Positions 24,701-36,784 of a DNA stretch of 64,000 nucleotides are shown here, in pieces. This DNA comes from Entomortierella parvispora E1425 (Eukaryota > Fungi > Mortierellomycota). Below the pieces are notes generated by a model that ran no database searches, had not been told where the DNA came from, and worked only from the letters and a program-made list of their open reading frames with translations. Positions within the stretch are counted from its first letter, which is position 1. Each line of letters starts with the position of its first letter. Made by a program: the position numbers and the translations under genes. The stretch is from NCBI GenBank assembly GCA_020891255.1, contig BQFW01000014.1, forward strand, positions 1,984,001-2,048,000, given 5' to 3'.

Positions 24701-25545
24701 AGTTGCACAGGCTAATGGATGTCAAACTTGCACTGTCAACCGCCTACCACCCACAGACGGATGGGCAGACAGAGGTTATGAACAAGACGCTGAAGACTAT
24801 GTTGAGAGCGTTTATTGACAACAAGCAGTCTAACTGGGACCAGCTCCTTCCGTCACTGGAATTCGCCTATAACAACGCTGTCAATGCATCCACGGGATAC
24901 TCGCCGTTCTTCCTCAACTCTGGCCAGCACCCTCGTCTCCCCACCGCTCTCCTCGGTAAACCCAGCAGCTCAGTCCCCACTGTCGATACCTTCCTGACTG
25001 AGCAGGCGACCACCCTTGCCCTGGCCCAGGATGCTCTGCAGCGTGCTCAGGATCATCAGGAGCAACAGGCAAACAAGCGACGACGGGATCACAAGTACAA
25101 GGTTGGCGAGAAGGTCCTGCTGCGTGCCACCAATATCACCATCCCTGCCGACAGTATCAGACCAGCCGATAAACTTCGACCTCAATTCCTTGGCCCGTTC
25201 ACACTTTTGGAGCAACACTCACCTGTCACCTTCCGCGTCGAGCTGCCACCATTCTACAAAATCCATGACGTCTTCCACGTTGATACCTTTCGACCCTATT
25301 TGCCGTCCCCGGAGTCACTCGGCATTCGAGCTCCTGCCCCCGTGGATCCCACTGTAATTGACGGCGAAGAGGAGTATGAAGTGGACGAAATTTTAAAGTA
25401 CCGCTTCTACCGCAGACAACACCAGTTCCTAGTGTCATTCAAAGGCTACGGCAGAGAAGCTGACGAATGGCTCCCAGTAAGCAACTTGGACAACTGCATG
25501 GACTTGGTCACAACCTTCAAAGAGCAGCACGGTATCATTTTTTAA
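21728..25545 (+). pseudogene. pol: Family A Pol in the -1 frame, broken by two +1 C homopolymer shifts (about 22641-22645 and 23891-23895)
   Basis: Protease ILIDGGA, RT YLDDLL, RNase H ETDASG, integrase HGTPTSIISDRD and GPF motif, chromodomain EYEVDEIL...FLVSFKGY...EWLP. Confidence 0.88.
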
Positions 25546-26402
25546 AAGGGGAAGGTGTAACAGGAATACGGTGACATCACGCGATGTGTACCTACAAAAG
25601 CTAGAAACTTGCAATATAATAAAACTCACTTCTTGTCTCCACTCCACCCTCGATACTCCTATTGCAAGACTATGGACAGCTTTTGACCGAGCAAGAAACA
25701 TCAAGGCACAAAACCTATTGGACGACGATATGGAAAGAGAGGAAGTGGTCGATCTCGGATCACTCGGATGGCGACCATGGATAGTCATCGACGCCTACCA
25801 CGGATTGGCCCCACGTTTCCTGAAAGACAAGATCCAGACACTGTTCTGCACGACCCAAGAGATCGCGAGCATCATGGCGGACAGGTTTATCAAAGGCATC
25901 GAGGACTACGGCCGAACAGGGATTTGGAATCCACGTTGCAAAAAGACTGTGGACTGGGAGAAGTCTATCGGAGTTACTGGTGTGAGCAAACGTACCAGGC
26001 CTGGAGAACCGGGTAGCCGTGCTGGCGGACACGGAAGTAGCAACAGTAACTTTGGTAACTTTAACCGGGACAGGTTTGATGTGACAAGGATGAAGAGACT
26101 CCATAAGGCTGCGCACAAAGATGTCTTAGATGAATACCAAGGAAAGCGCGTGTTGAACGTCATGGAAAGAACAGGGGGAGTGAGGTACTTCTTGGAAAAG
26201 GATCTCGGAAACTAGTGACGAACGAGCATGAAAGGCCACAGAGGGGACTGGAGCTGGCCTTGCTGTAGCAAGCCAGAAGCTCCCGCCCTTTGGTCGCGGT
26301 GTTACGAAATCAGGGTGCATGGGCCGTCATAGACGGGTTGTGCAATGCAAAAGCATTTTATTTAGTCCGTTTCCCTTGGGTGGAGCAGGCGCACTTGCGT
26401 AT

Positions 26403-27758
26403 TTTGTTTTTTTTTTTTTTTTTTTGCAACATTTTATTTGCTATGTCGAGCCAAAGAAGTGAAGTGCGATACCAAACTATCTACAACCTGAGCAAAGCCG
26501 CGTGGTCCAGACGAACAAAGACCCCAGATCCCCGCGCAACAAATGCCACGGCTCGTCACCGTGTAATAAAGAAGAGTAAAATGTTACAAAAAATGGATCT
26601 TCCCCATCTTTTCTAATGTCGATAAATGAACCTGGCCACGCACACAAGCCAGTAAGCGCTGGTCGGCCAGCGTGGGATTGTCTTGGGCACCAGAGCAGAG
26701 GCCTTGATGGTGGTCAGTGTTAGGCTTTCCGCATTGGCAAGTGTCCGGTGGTAAGATCGTACCAGAGGCGTTGTTCCACGGTTGCCCAGTCTGGGCTTGC
26801 TTCTTCATCTTGGGGCGGATACCTTGTGTCTTCTCCCATGCAATAGTCACTTCGCAGCGCGTCTTCCAGAGCTGAGCTAGGGCATCCCTGTCCAGACGAC
26901 GAATAAACTGATGAGCAACTGCGACCACGACAGAGCGAGGGCCTTTAATAATTGGCCTCCAGGCCTCGATCAGAGCCGAATGGAGCAGTCCTTGGTAAGC
27001 AGTGACGACAGAACAAGCCGATGCCAACGGAGCTTTGAGCTGTCCCTGCTCAGGGGGTCAGCAGGCTGACAAGTCATGAAAAGCAGAGTAAAGTGATGCC
27101 CACAAGAGCGTGTCTGATGGTTGGTACCATTGGAGTCGTTTCGGGGCTGCAACGGTGTGCGTGCTTGTTGCTTGCGATGTCTTGTGTCAGCGTCCTCATT
27201 GGCTTTCCTGATGGCGGCCCTGCCCCACTTTGGTATTGAAGCCACCGCATCCGCCCATATCAGTTGTTGTTGATTGTATGAGTTTGGACAAGTCCACACA
27301 TGGTCATTGTCTTCGATGGCTGCACGATACAGGCATCAGAGTGCGTCGGCGTACATATCTGGGTGTCGCGCCTGCATGACTGTGAGTGTCGGAAGCATCC
27401 CATGCAATTTTTTGATGTGCTGTGTGCGTCGAGACGTGTCCCCTCGGCTGCTGAAGAAAGTATGGACTGGCCGTTTGTCGTAGATGATCGAAAGAGCAGA
27501 TCGCCACTCCACATCGGTCAAGTCGCTGATAGATCGCTTGACACGTTTCTGCGCTGTCCACTTTTGATGTTGGCGGATAGTAGTCTGCTGTTTAAGGAAC
27601 TGCCGCAAGTCTGACTCCAGCTGTTGTCCGTGGCAAGAAGCAGTGAATGTAATGTCGGCCTGGGTGCTGAGGTCCGCGTGCCATGGTGTTGTGTTCTGCT
27701 CGACAGCCTTGGTGGCGATCTCGTCCGCCTTTTCGTTGCCCTCGACGGCAGGCACACC
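26403..27758 (-). mobile_element. 5'-truncated LINE-2 inserted antisense in the LINE-1 3' UTR
   Basis: Poly(A) tail seen as a T-run from about 26403, AATAAA, RNase H end VEGNEKADEIA, KKLHGMLPT, degenerate CCHC with a TGA. TSD TGCGTAT at 26396-26402 and 27759-27765. Confidence 0.85.
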
Positions 27759-27901
27759 TGCGTATGTGTACTTACAATTAACAGACAATAAACCCCGTAC
27801 CTGCGAGGGACCCTTTGACAAAAAAAAAAAAAAAAAAAAAAAAATCATCCCCAAGGTATCAGGGGGATGAGAGTTACCCCGGCCGAGTCGGCTAAGCGAC
27901 A

Positions 27902-28229
27902 CTTCCAAATCCTCAATGGAGCACACTACCATTTGGAACTACCAATGGCGAGATGGAAGGGTGGAGACGATTGTCCCAGAGATTTTTTTTAAAAAAAAAA
28001 GTTCGACACCAAAAAGTTTCCCAAAAATAAAAAATTTTGGTAGACCAACCGAAAATGCCATCCCATTCCTTGTGAGCCTTGGAGCAAGTTGACATTTGCG
28101 ATTTTCAAGAGCAAAGGGGGTTATGTAGCTCCGGCTGGGCCGATGGTCTCACCACCCCTATCTCATTCTACCGACATCTAGTACGTCGGTTAATTGATGA
28201 GTTCGCAAAAATTCCCCACAACAGTTACA
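27902..28229 (+). mobile_element. Possible degenerate 3' end of an LTR element (PPT plus about 106-bp LTR at 28124-28229)
   Basis: AAAGGGGG purine tract, then TGTAG...TTACA. Only weak chromodomain-like traces upstream. Confidence 0.3.
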
Positions 28230-28458
28230 ATTAATCAAATTAGCAATGACAAACCCACCTATGCCAAAGAAGCTCGCCAAGAGAGTGGAGGAATTATTGG
28301 CTGAGGAGTGGCAGTTCCTCGACAAACCATGGCCATTGTACCCCAAGACCAAAAAGTTCCATCGTTCGGAGCTTAAGCCGTGCAAGAGATGAAAGATTTG
28401 TTGTTGCGACGTCTCGGTCCCATTGCGATCTTCTTTTTCCTCTGAACCATTTGGCCAT

Positions 28459-29471
28459 TGTGGTGTAGTAGATGTGGAGTCCCGATCCACATCAATCGGA
28501 GTAGATATACATTTTCAGTAGCATTTATTATTTTGTTTAGTTTCAGTTTTTTTTTTCTATAAAGAAGGGAGCAAAATCCATTTTGCTCCTGGTTGCCTTT
28601 TTCCTTTACGATTCCTGCCAGTACACTTTTGTTGAACCCTTCAGAACACAAACATACATCCCCCCCTTCCTGCCCGATATCCCCTTTGCAGCAGCAGCAA
28701 GCTCGACGCCTTAATTCCGATTGCTGAGACTATTAGTAGCTAGTCTAAACCTCCTCCCTATTGCGTTCTGTTGATCGACCTTGTACACTCACAAGTTACG
28801 ATCTTCCCGTCCTCGACAAGTCCCGTCAAGAACCTCGGCCAACCACTTCTCCGTGTCCTTGCTCACTTACGAGGTACCAACAATGTCTTGTCTCTTTTGA
28901 GTGGACTTGTACGATCTTGGCATCCCATCCTGAGGCCTTAACTGGCGCTTGGGCATCCTGAGGCCTTAACTGGTGCTTGGGAACCTCCCTTATCTTCTCG
29001 TCGCCTTCCCTCGAGTCCCTCCTGAACCCTCAGTTAGGCGGCCTTGTCCCCTTTCCCTGGATAGAATATTTCTGGCCGTGCTCTTACTGATTAGATCCCT
29101 TCAATCCTCCCTTGTTGTTGTTATTAGTTAGTATAGTACCTAGTGTTCGCCTCCGTAGTTGTTTATTCTCCTGTTTGGTTACCATTAGGACGTGCTTAGC
29201 TCATTGGTATGTCCTTATTAGTCTCCTTTCAGTTTCGTTCCTGCTTATATCGTGATCCTGTTGCTCATTCTCCTCCTCCTGTCTATCCAGTTCATTCTCT
29301 CGAGATTGTATCTGATCATATAGCAGTGCTGTGCTTGATCCTTGTGGCACAGAGAGCAAAGTCCCTATCATATGTAAGCAGCGAGCTTTGTTCGTTATTA
29401 TTCTTTTCGTTATCATTTTCACCTCCAGCCTTTGCTGACGTTAGACTATACTTACTTTAGACAACATCACA
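28459..29471 (+). mobile_element. Family D LTR (about 1.01 kb)
   Basis: TGTGGTGT...ACATCACA, near-identical to 38109-39146 and 61242-62275. It has a 28-bp tandem repeat at 28926-28981 and an approximately 25-bp deletion relative to the 38.1-kb copy. Confidence 0.9.
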
Positions 29472-30967
29472 CCAGCGAAAAAGAAGATGAGGATGAAGGA
29501 TACGCCCTCCTTATTCGAAACATCCAGGAAGGGAGGGTAGAGCGCACTACCGTGGAACAACTCAAGCAGGACGATGCCAAGGGAGACATTGTCAATTGTT
29601 GGTTTTTGCAAGCGGTTTTCCCAGAACCCCCTATTCCGGATGGTCGTCAACCTGTATCATGTCTCTCCGTTGTGGATGCTTCCCACCCGTCACCATCTGC
29701 TGAAATCAGTTCTATCTTCGACGCTTCTCCGATCATGGTGAATGACTCCTATGGTTTCCACCTGGAAGCACCACGTTGCCGAGACCGGTTGACTAACACT
29801 CCGGTCATGTTGCTGCCTGGTTTGGAGGAACGATCAGTGTATGTGGGTGACATACCGGAGGTGCATGATAATTTATCAGAAATTCGACGTATTTTCCAGA
29901 AACATGAGGAATGTTTTCCAAAGGAGGGCGAGATGTCAAGGACTCTGAACGCTGATATGTTGGAAGCACCCGCTTCTTTCCACCTCAAGCCTGGCTCAAA
30001 GTTTCCGCGTGCGTACAACAAGAAATATTCACCGGGTCAGATAACCACTTTATGTGAATATCGCGATCAAATGGTCAAGGCTGGAAAGATGAGGCGATCC
30101 AGCTCTCCTGCCTCCTGCAATCCGCTCTTAATACAAAAGAAGGATAACTCCTATCGGGTATGCGTTAATTTCATACCAGTCAACAAGTTGATTGCACCTA
30201 TGGCATGGCCGCTACCGGATCCCATCACCGAGATATACAAATTGCAAGGATGCGAGTTTTTGTCATTTTGGGATTGCAAAGATGGGTATCTTCAATCACC
30301 TATCGCCGAAGACAGTCGCTTCCTTACCGCCGTCGCCTTTCCGGATGGATTATACGAGTATAACGTATTGCCTATGGGATTGATCGATTCTATGCAATGG
30401 TATACTCGACACATGGGCGAGGTCTTCAGCACAATCAAGGAACGACTAGGGAATTTCGTGGACGACATGGCTACAGGCGACGGCACCTTTCATCTCCATT
30501 TTCGCACCGTTGAAGAAGTGCTAGCCCGCATGGATATGTTCAACGGTTCGTTTTCAGGCAAGAAATCGGCGTTCTTTGTCAAACAGCGCGAGTTCTTGGG
30601 AAGGATTGTAGGAGATAGTCGGATCTCTGCGGACCCCAAGAAGCTATTCAAGATGGAATATTGGCCCGTTCCTCAGAATGTCACTGAACTACGCGGTTTC
30701 GTTGGTTTTGCTTTATTTTTGTGTGATTTCATATCCAACTTTTCTGCCATGGCTGCCCCATTGTTTCCTCTGTACAAACTGCACAAGGATCCAAACGCTT
30801 TTGTGGAAAAGTGGATGTCAGATCCCAAATATATGAAAGCCTTCCGCGATATACAGGTTGCTCTGGTCACCGCTCCAGTTCTAATTATGATGGACCATAA
30901 GAGACCAGTTATTATATCCGCCGACACGTCGGATTTCGCCACAGGGCATGTGGTTGCTCATTGTCTG
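29472..30967 (+). CDS. pol: Family D Pol, 5' half (RT and start of RNase H), interrupted by B1
   Basis: YRVCVNFIPVN, WDCKDGYLQ, YEYNVLPMGL, FVDD, ADTSDFATGHVVAHCL. Open reading frame up to TSD GTCTG. Confidence 0.88.
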
Positions 30968-33900
30968 TGAAAAGTATATGGCACACGGAGTCAGTGAGAA
31001 TAAGAGAGGGATCTCTGTTTTATTGAACCGGTCAGGATATTATCCTGACCGTTGCCTCCGTGACTGTGCCTTGCTGCCAGCAGCATCATTTGCCGCTGCG
31101 CCACCAAATTATGCGACAGAACTTCCCCTCCCATGGAGAGCGAAGCGCGGGTTGACACTACTGGTCAGTGAGAGGGTAAAAAATAAAACCTCTATGAAAA
31201 TGTTATGGTTGAGGAAAAGTGAAAAACCTCTTGTCTTTGAGGAAAACCATGTGGTAAAAAACCTCTTTGCCTGTTGGGTCTTCTTTGCGTAGTAGCGTTT
31301 TAGTTCCTCGTTCTCGTTTGGTATCTCTTCGATCTTTGATCCTGTGGTCGCTTATTTTCTTTGAGAAGTTGCCAATATTCTCTGATACATTGTTTTTCAA
31401 TAAAGTTTTCTTCAGGTTCCCAAGTGTAGTCATCTTTGGAGTAGCCAGCCCATTTTGCTTTGTATTCCCACTCCCCCTTTCGAGAAGGATGAGGACGGTG
31501 GTCGAGAATGTACTCGATCTCGAATATGGGCAGCGTATTTAAATCCTCGAGTACGAGTTTGAGCTGGGATGGGGCATAGTTGCGACTGAGCGACTCGCCT
31601 GTACCATCTCTGAGCTCATAAGATCCACCGGTCGTGCGGCGCACTACTGTGTACGGGCCTTCATACCGTGGCGTAAGTTTATTACCGCGGATGGGATCAA
31701 GTGTCATGACTTTTGCGCCATCAGGGAATTCATTATGCAGAACTGTGGCATTGAATCGGGCGATCATTTTCTTTTGAGTCTCTTCTGATTTCTTGTCAAT
31801 CGCTGGAAAGACAATTTCAGTCATGTATGCGAGACGATCACAGAGCTGCTTGTGGGTCATGACGTTCTTGGTAGATTTGGAGTAATTTTGGAAGCCATTG
31901 GCCTTGCGAGCGAAGAAGAGAGAGAACGGTGATGAATTATGGAGAGCAACGATTCTTGTATTCATTGCAAGCTGTGCCATGGGTACATGAAGGTCCCAAG
32001 TATCTTGTTTCTGATGATGTTCTTTCTTGAGGATGTCGACTGCGACTTTGACATGTCGTTCAGCAACGCCGTTTCCTCGAGGGTGATACCGCGTAAGTAG
32101 CCGGTGGTCAACGTTAAATTCAGAGGTCATTGCAAGCATGACTTGGTTCACAAATTCCCTGCCGTTATCGGATTGTAAAACGCGAGGAAAGCCAACGGTA
32201 CAAAATATATCAAACAGGGCTTTAGCGACAGTGTTTGCTTGTTTATCAGGGAGCGCTCTTAAGAAGACGAAGCGTGTGCATACGTCGACTACGATAAGAA
32301 GGATTTCATTGCCTTTCTTTGAGAGTTTGAACGGTCCCGCTAAATCCATAGCCGTATGATCTCCTGGCAGGTTTGCGTGGATAGCTTTTAATGGATGATA
32401 GCCTTTGATACTAATATTGTACTTCTGACATTCCGAGCATTTCTTAACCCAATTCAAGCAGTCATCTGAGAGGTGAGGCCATGTGTATTGTTCCGCCCAA
32501 GGTGGCCGAGGGCGTGAGTTTTGTACAATATGTCATCTTGCCTCTTTTTGCCATGAACGACTTCTAACATTGTTGACTATGTGCCCATGGTTGGAGTCGT
32601 AGCGAGTCTGTATGGAGGCTGGGAACAGTCTAGACAAGTGATCTGGCAACACATTCATCACTCCAGGTCGGTATTCGACCGTAAAGTCATAACTCAGGAT
32701 TGTTTCATGCCAGCCAGTGAGCATGGAGTTTAACTCTTTCTGCGAGTGAATGAACGTAAGTGCTCGATGATCTGTATACAGTGTAAAGTGTCTTCCCCAG
32801 AGGTAATAGTGGAATTTCGTGAGTGCAAACACGATTCCTAGCAATTCTTTTTGTGTGGCTGAATACCGTCGTTCTCTGTCTTGTAGAGAGCGTGCCATGA
32901 AGGATATGTATCTGTTCTCCCATTTTTTCTTGGATTCATTCCTGACTTTCTGGTAAAGGACCGATGCAATGCCTACGTTGGATGCGTCAGTGGCGACGTA
33001 GAACGGCAGACCGAAGTCAGGGAAGTGCAAGATTGGTGAATGGCTTAGCAGTTTCTTGAATGTATTGAAAGCATCGAGTTCGTCTGCATTGAGTTTGAAC
33101 ACTTTTGTTTCATGCCTCAACTTATCCAATGGCGCTGCCAACGTACTGAACAGCGGGATGAATTCTCGAAAGAAATTAAATGTGCCCATGTAGGACTGAA
33201 TCTGATTGCCTGTGGTTGGTGGAACCCACTGGTCGATATTGGCTAGCTTGGTAGGATCTACCCGTTTGCCAGCCAAGTCAATGACAAAGCCGAGAAGTAC
33301 AATCTGTGTTGCGAAGAAGTGTGATTTTTCTGGGTTGATAATAAGCTTTGCTTCTGTTAGGCGTTCGATTACACACTTGACGTGCGCTGCATGCTCTTCC
33401 TTGGTCTTGGAGAAAATAACGATGTCGTCAATGAACACCAGGACAAAGGGCAAGTCCCCCAAGATGCGTGTCATTCCGCGTTGGAATATGCTTGACAGTG
33501 GCTTAAGTCCGAATGGAGCTCGTCGGAACATATATTGAGTTCCTCGGTGCATGAATGCAGTGAGTGGTTGATGTCCTGCTTCGATAGGTAACCGGTGGTA
33601 TGCTTGCGTCAAATCGAGCGTTGTATAAATCATGTGGCCACCTATCTGTTGTAAGATGTCCGATATTAATGGTACTGGATGGTTGTCATCCTTTAATAAT
33701 TTGTTCAGAGGACGTGGGTCTAGGCAAACCCGCCATTTCGTTTTATTGCCGAGGAGATCTTTCTTGGCCGCGAGAGTTAGCGTGTTATTGTGCCGATTGT
33801 TGGCCGGAGCAAGTGTGATAACTCCATCTTTAAGCCATTTGTCAACTTGTTCGTCGAAAATATGCTGTTGCTGTTCAGCAAACGTCCTTGGTCTGCGATA

Positions 33901-36784
33901 AATTGTCGTGCCATCAGGAACATCCAAGAACACGTGCATCTCTGGTAGAGTGCAGTAGCTGTCTAGCGGTATCTGTGCGTTGTCCTTTATCGAGTCTTGG
34001 ATTTCACTCATGAATTGTGCTTTGAGTTTCTTGAACTTGTCAGTAAGTTCTTCGATTGGTGTTTCCAATGGTAACACGGATGGCTTTTTCATCTGGTGTT
34101 GGCGTTGGCAGAGTCTGTGCGTTTGCTCGTCCGTCTGCAATGCCTCCGATTGAGAACCCTAGTTTGTTAAATAGGTCCATGCCAATGACAAATGGGTATT
34201 GTAGGTCAAACAGTTCAAATGAGGCGAGAAGCGAATGTTCATTGCATTCTACTTCTATATGTTCTGTTACTCCTGTTCTTGCTACATGCATTTTCTTGTG
34301 CCCGAGGAAGATGTTTCCCCGTGCTTTGCTGACCTCAATTTTCAGAGCTTCTACTAATGACTTGTCTATGAATGACTTCGTGGCTCCAGAATCAATTAGT
34401 GCTTCAAATTGAAGGCCTTCGAAGTAGATCGGTACTACAAGTCTCTTGTCATTGTCGTTCTGGTCACCCATTTCATTGTATATAAGTGTTTCAAACATGT
34501 GTGATTGCTCATCATTTATTGTCATGTGTTCCTGTGGTATGTCTTGTGACATTCTACTTTCCCTCCCCGCATGTGCCAGGACTGAATCTGTGGAGTGAAC
34601 AGACTCTATGAATTCTTTATCTGACACTGGCGACATGTCTCTAGTCTGAGAGGAGTAGGACGCAAGAGTGAGTGCGTTGAAGTTGATATCAAGATCGTGG
34701 TATGTTTGCCACACATTTTTACGAGAGCGTAGTATATGAAGAGGGTCCTTACTGTAATTGCGCTCACGAGAGTTGTGGCTATCCCTGTTGTCTCTGCGCT
34801 GGCGATTGTCAGCTTGATATGGCCCGAAGCGGCTTGATCCGCGGTGGGAACGGTCTTGTCGATCGTCTGAGTTGTGTGAGCTACGCTCCGAGTGTTCATT
34901 GCGTCGTCGTTCGTCGTTCTGGCGCGCACGGCAGGCGTCCTTCTTATGGCCTAGCTTGTTGCAGTAGTCGCAGCTGATATGGTCCTTGGAAACATGGTTG
35001 CTTCGACTCAGCCTTGGCGGCGTGAGAGTTGGTGGTGGGCATTACTGGAGCGCTAAAGTTTTCGCGAGCTCCAGCTGGTCCTGTTAGCTTGCCCAGTGCG
35101 ATACAAAAATCAGCGATAGCAATTGGAGTGTCTGGCACTGATGTTGCTTGTGGGTTGTCCAGTACGTATTGCGATTGGAATCGCGTGTTGACTGTGTCCA
35201 TTTCAGATGATGCAAGTCCTTGTCGGAGCAGAGTCAAAACCACATCGTTGTTGTCTTGTACTCGGAATAGCTTTGTAGCTCTTGCGATCCGATGAGCGTA
35301 GTGACTATATGGCTCTCCTGCGAGTCGTCCAAATTTGGTGAGCGTGGTAACAGCGTTTTCTCGCTCTTCGATTGTTAAACATGTCTCGAAGAACGTCCTC
35401 TCGAGATAGTCCACTGTCAGCACCTCCTTGGGTGCCTTGAACTTCTCTTTCAGATTGGCATGAAAGTGGTCGTTGTGGACCAGGTACAGGAGGTATTTGT
35501 CTCCATGACTTCCTATGATTTGCTCCCCCACATACGGCGCGATTTCTCGTTCGAAGTGCGCCCACCAGTCGTATGCCGATAGGGATCCTGATGATCCGAA
35601 TCGAAGCCATGTGGATAGAGGCTTGACAGGAAATCCTGCCTCAGATCGCGCTTGTGGAGCATGGTTGCTTGCGCTTCGATCCTGCTCTTGATAACGGTCT
35701 ACGGTGGACTGATTTGGATATGCCCATTGTGCTGGTACAGGGCGGCGAGCTGCGTGAAGAGCATTGTATGTTTGCTCCATACTGCTGAGGAAGTCCTCGT
35801 TGCGCTTATGTTCTTCCTCCATCTTGTCTGTTTCCGGTGTGAGGTCCATGGGAGCTGTACCGGCATGGGTGACTCTTTTGTTACGTGAGATATGTACAAG
35901 GAGTCTTACATTGGTGAGCCGAGTAGCTTCCATCTGTGCGTACGTTGCCACTATCCTTTCTTGGAATAGATGGCAACTGTAACGGTGGTAGTCCTTCAAA
36001 CGTCAGTCCACTTCTGGTGCCAGAGCTGGTGGATGGAATGGTTTCCTCGTCCACATCCATCTCTTCTGTGATGGATCCTTCGTGTGTGGCTACAGTGGCC
36101 AAGTCTCCGCCATTGTTGGTGGGTTCTCCAGAGTTGGAGGCAGTGGCGCGCGCGTTGGCGGCTTGTGCAACAGGTATAACAACTGCAGCGACTCTGCTCC
36201 GAATTGGTTTGTTGTTGTTGAGATTCACTTTGCCCATGTCGCGAAAAATTTTTCCCAGCTGAATTGAGTTAATGCCGGAATGAACTGAATGTCGAAAAGT
36301 TCACCAAAGTCCATGAGCGGTGGCTTGCGTGCAGTAAGTGGTGTTTTGGTAACTTTCAAGGGTCCTGAAAGCGATGCTGTGTTCCGTTTAGATGGATGGG
36401 TCGGATTGACGGGTGAATTGGCGTTCCAAAGTTGATCTCAGTTAAATCGAGTGGAATTAACTTGCGGAATGTGAGATGCAGGTCAATGCTGGTGAATGTC
36501 GTCGCAGACAGTGAAGAAATGCTGTTGATCGGTCGAGTGCTGACGAGTGCGGTTGAATGGAGGTGAATGCCGGTTGTGAATGTCGGTTATGTTCCTGATC
36601 CTGCGAGATCTTCTTCTCTTCACTGAAAAAAAATGAAATGTATATGGCACACGGAGTCAGTGAGAATAAGAGAGGGATCTCTGTTTTATTGAACCGGTCA
36701 GGATATTATCCTGACCGTTGCCTCCGTGACTGTGCCTTGCTGCCAGCAGCATCATTTGCCGCTGCGCCACCAAATTATGCGACA
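30968..36784 (-). mobile_element. Ty3/gypsy chromovirus family B copy B1, defective
   Basis: 151-bp LTRs (30968-31118, 36634-36784), PPT GGGAGGGGAAG, gag, PR LIDSGA, RT FIDD, RH DASNVG, integrase, chromodomain (YKAKWAGY...TWEP). Several deletions and frameshifts. Confidence 0.93.

Larger units (their letters stand above)
20600..25666 (+). mobile_element. Full-length Ty3/gypsy chromovirus, family A copy A1 (5067 bp)
   Basis: Identical 111-bp LTRs (20600-20710, 25556-25666), TSD AGACT, PBS TGGTAGC, PPT AAAAGGGGAAGG, gag plus PR-RT-RH-IN-chromodomain. Confidence 0.97.
20239..27843 (+). mobile_element. 5'-truncated non-LTR retrotransposon (LINE-1, about 1.17 kb net) hosting Ty3-A1 and LINE-2
   Basis: ORF2 C-terminus KKLHGMLPT...CRVCESNVEDTNHIWRC (CCHC), resuming at 25667 to stop 26215. 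AATAAA near 27787, poly(A) to 27843, TSD ATCATCCCCAAGGT at 20225-20238 and 27844-27857. Confidence 0.85.

Noticed and set aside
22161-25438. Numerous antisense and alternate-frame ORFs over TE pol genes, recurring in each copy
   Set aside because: They recur only because the copies are near-identical, and they show no domain signal.
26210-26340. Hammerhead or HDV ribozyme in the LINE-1 3' UTR
   Set aside because: GTGACGA and CGAAA are present, but there is no CTGANGA core or matching helices. Only a simple stem-loop is supported.
29201-29460. Short ORFs inside D LTRs (also at 38.1 and 61.3 kb) as accessory genes
   Set aside because: 73-83 aa, low complexity, no supporting motif. They cannot be distinguished from chance.
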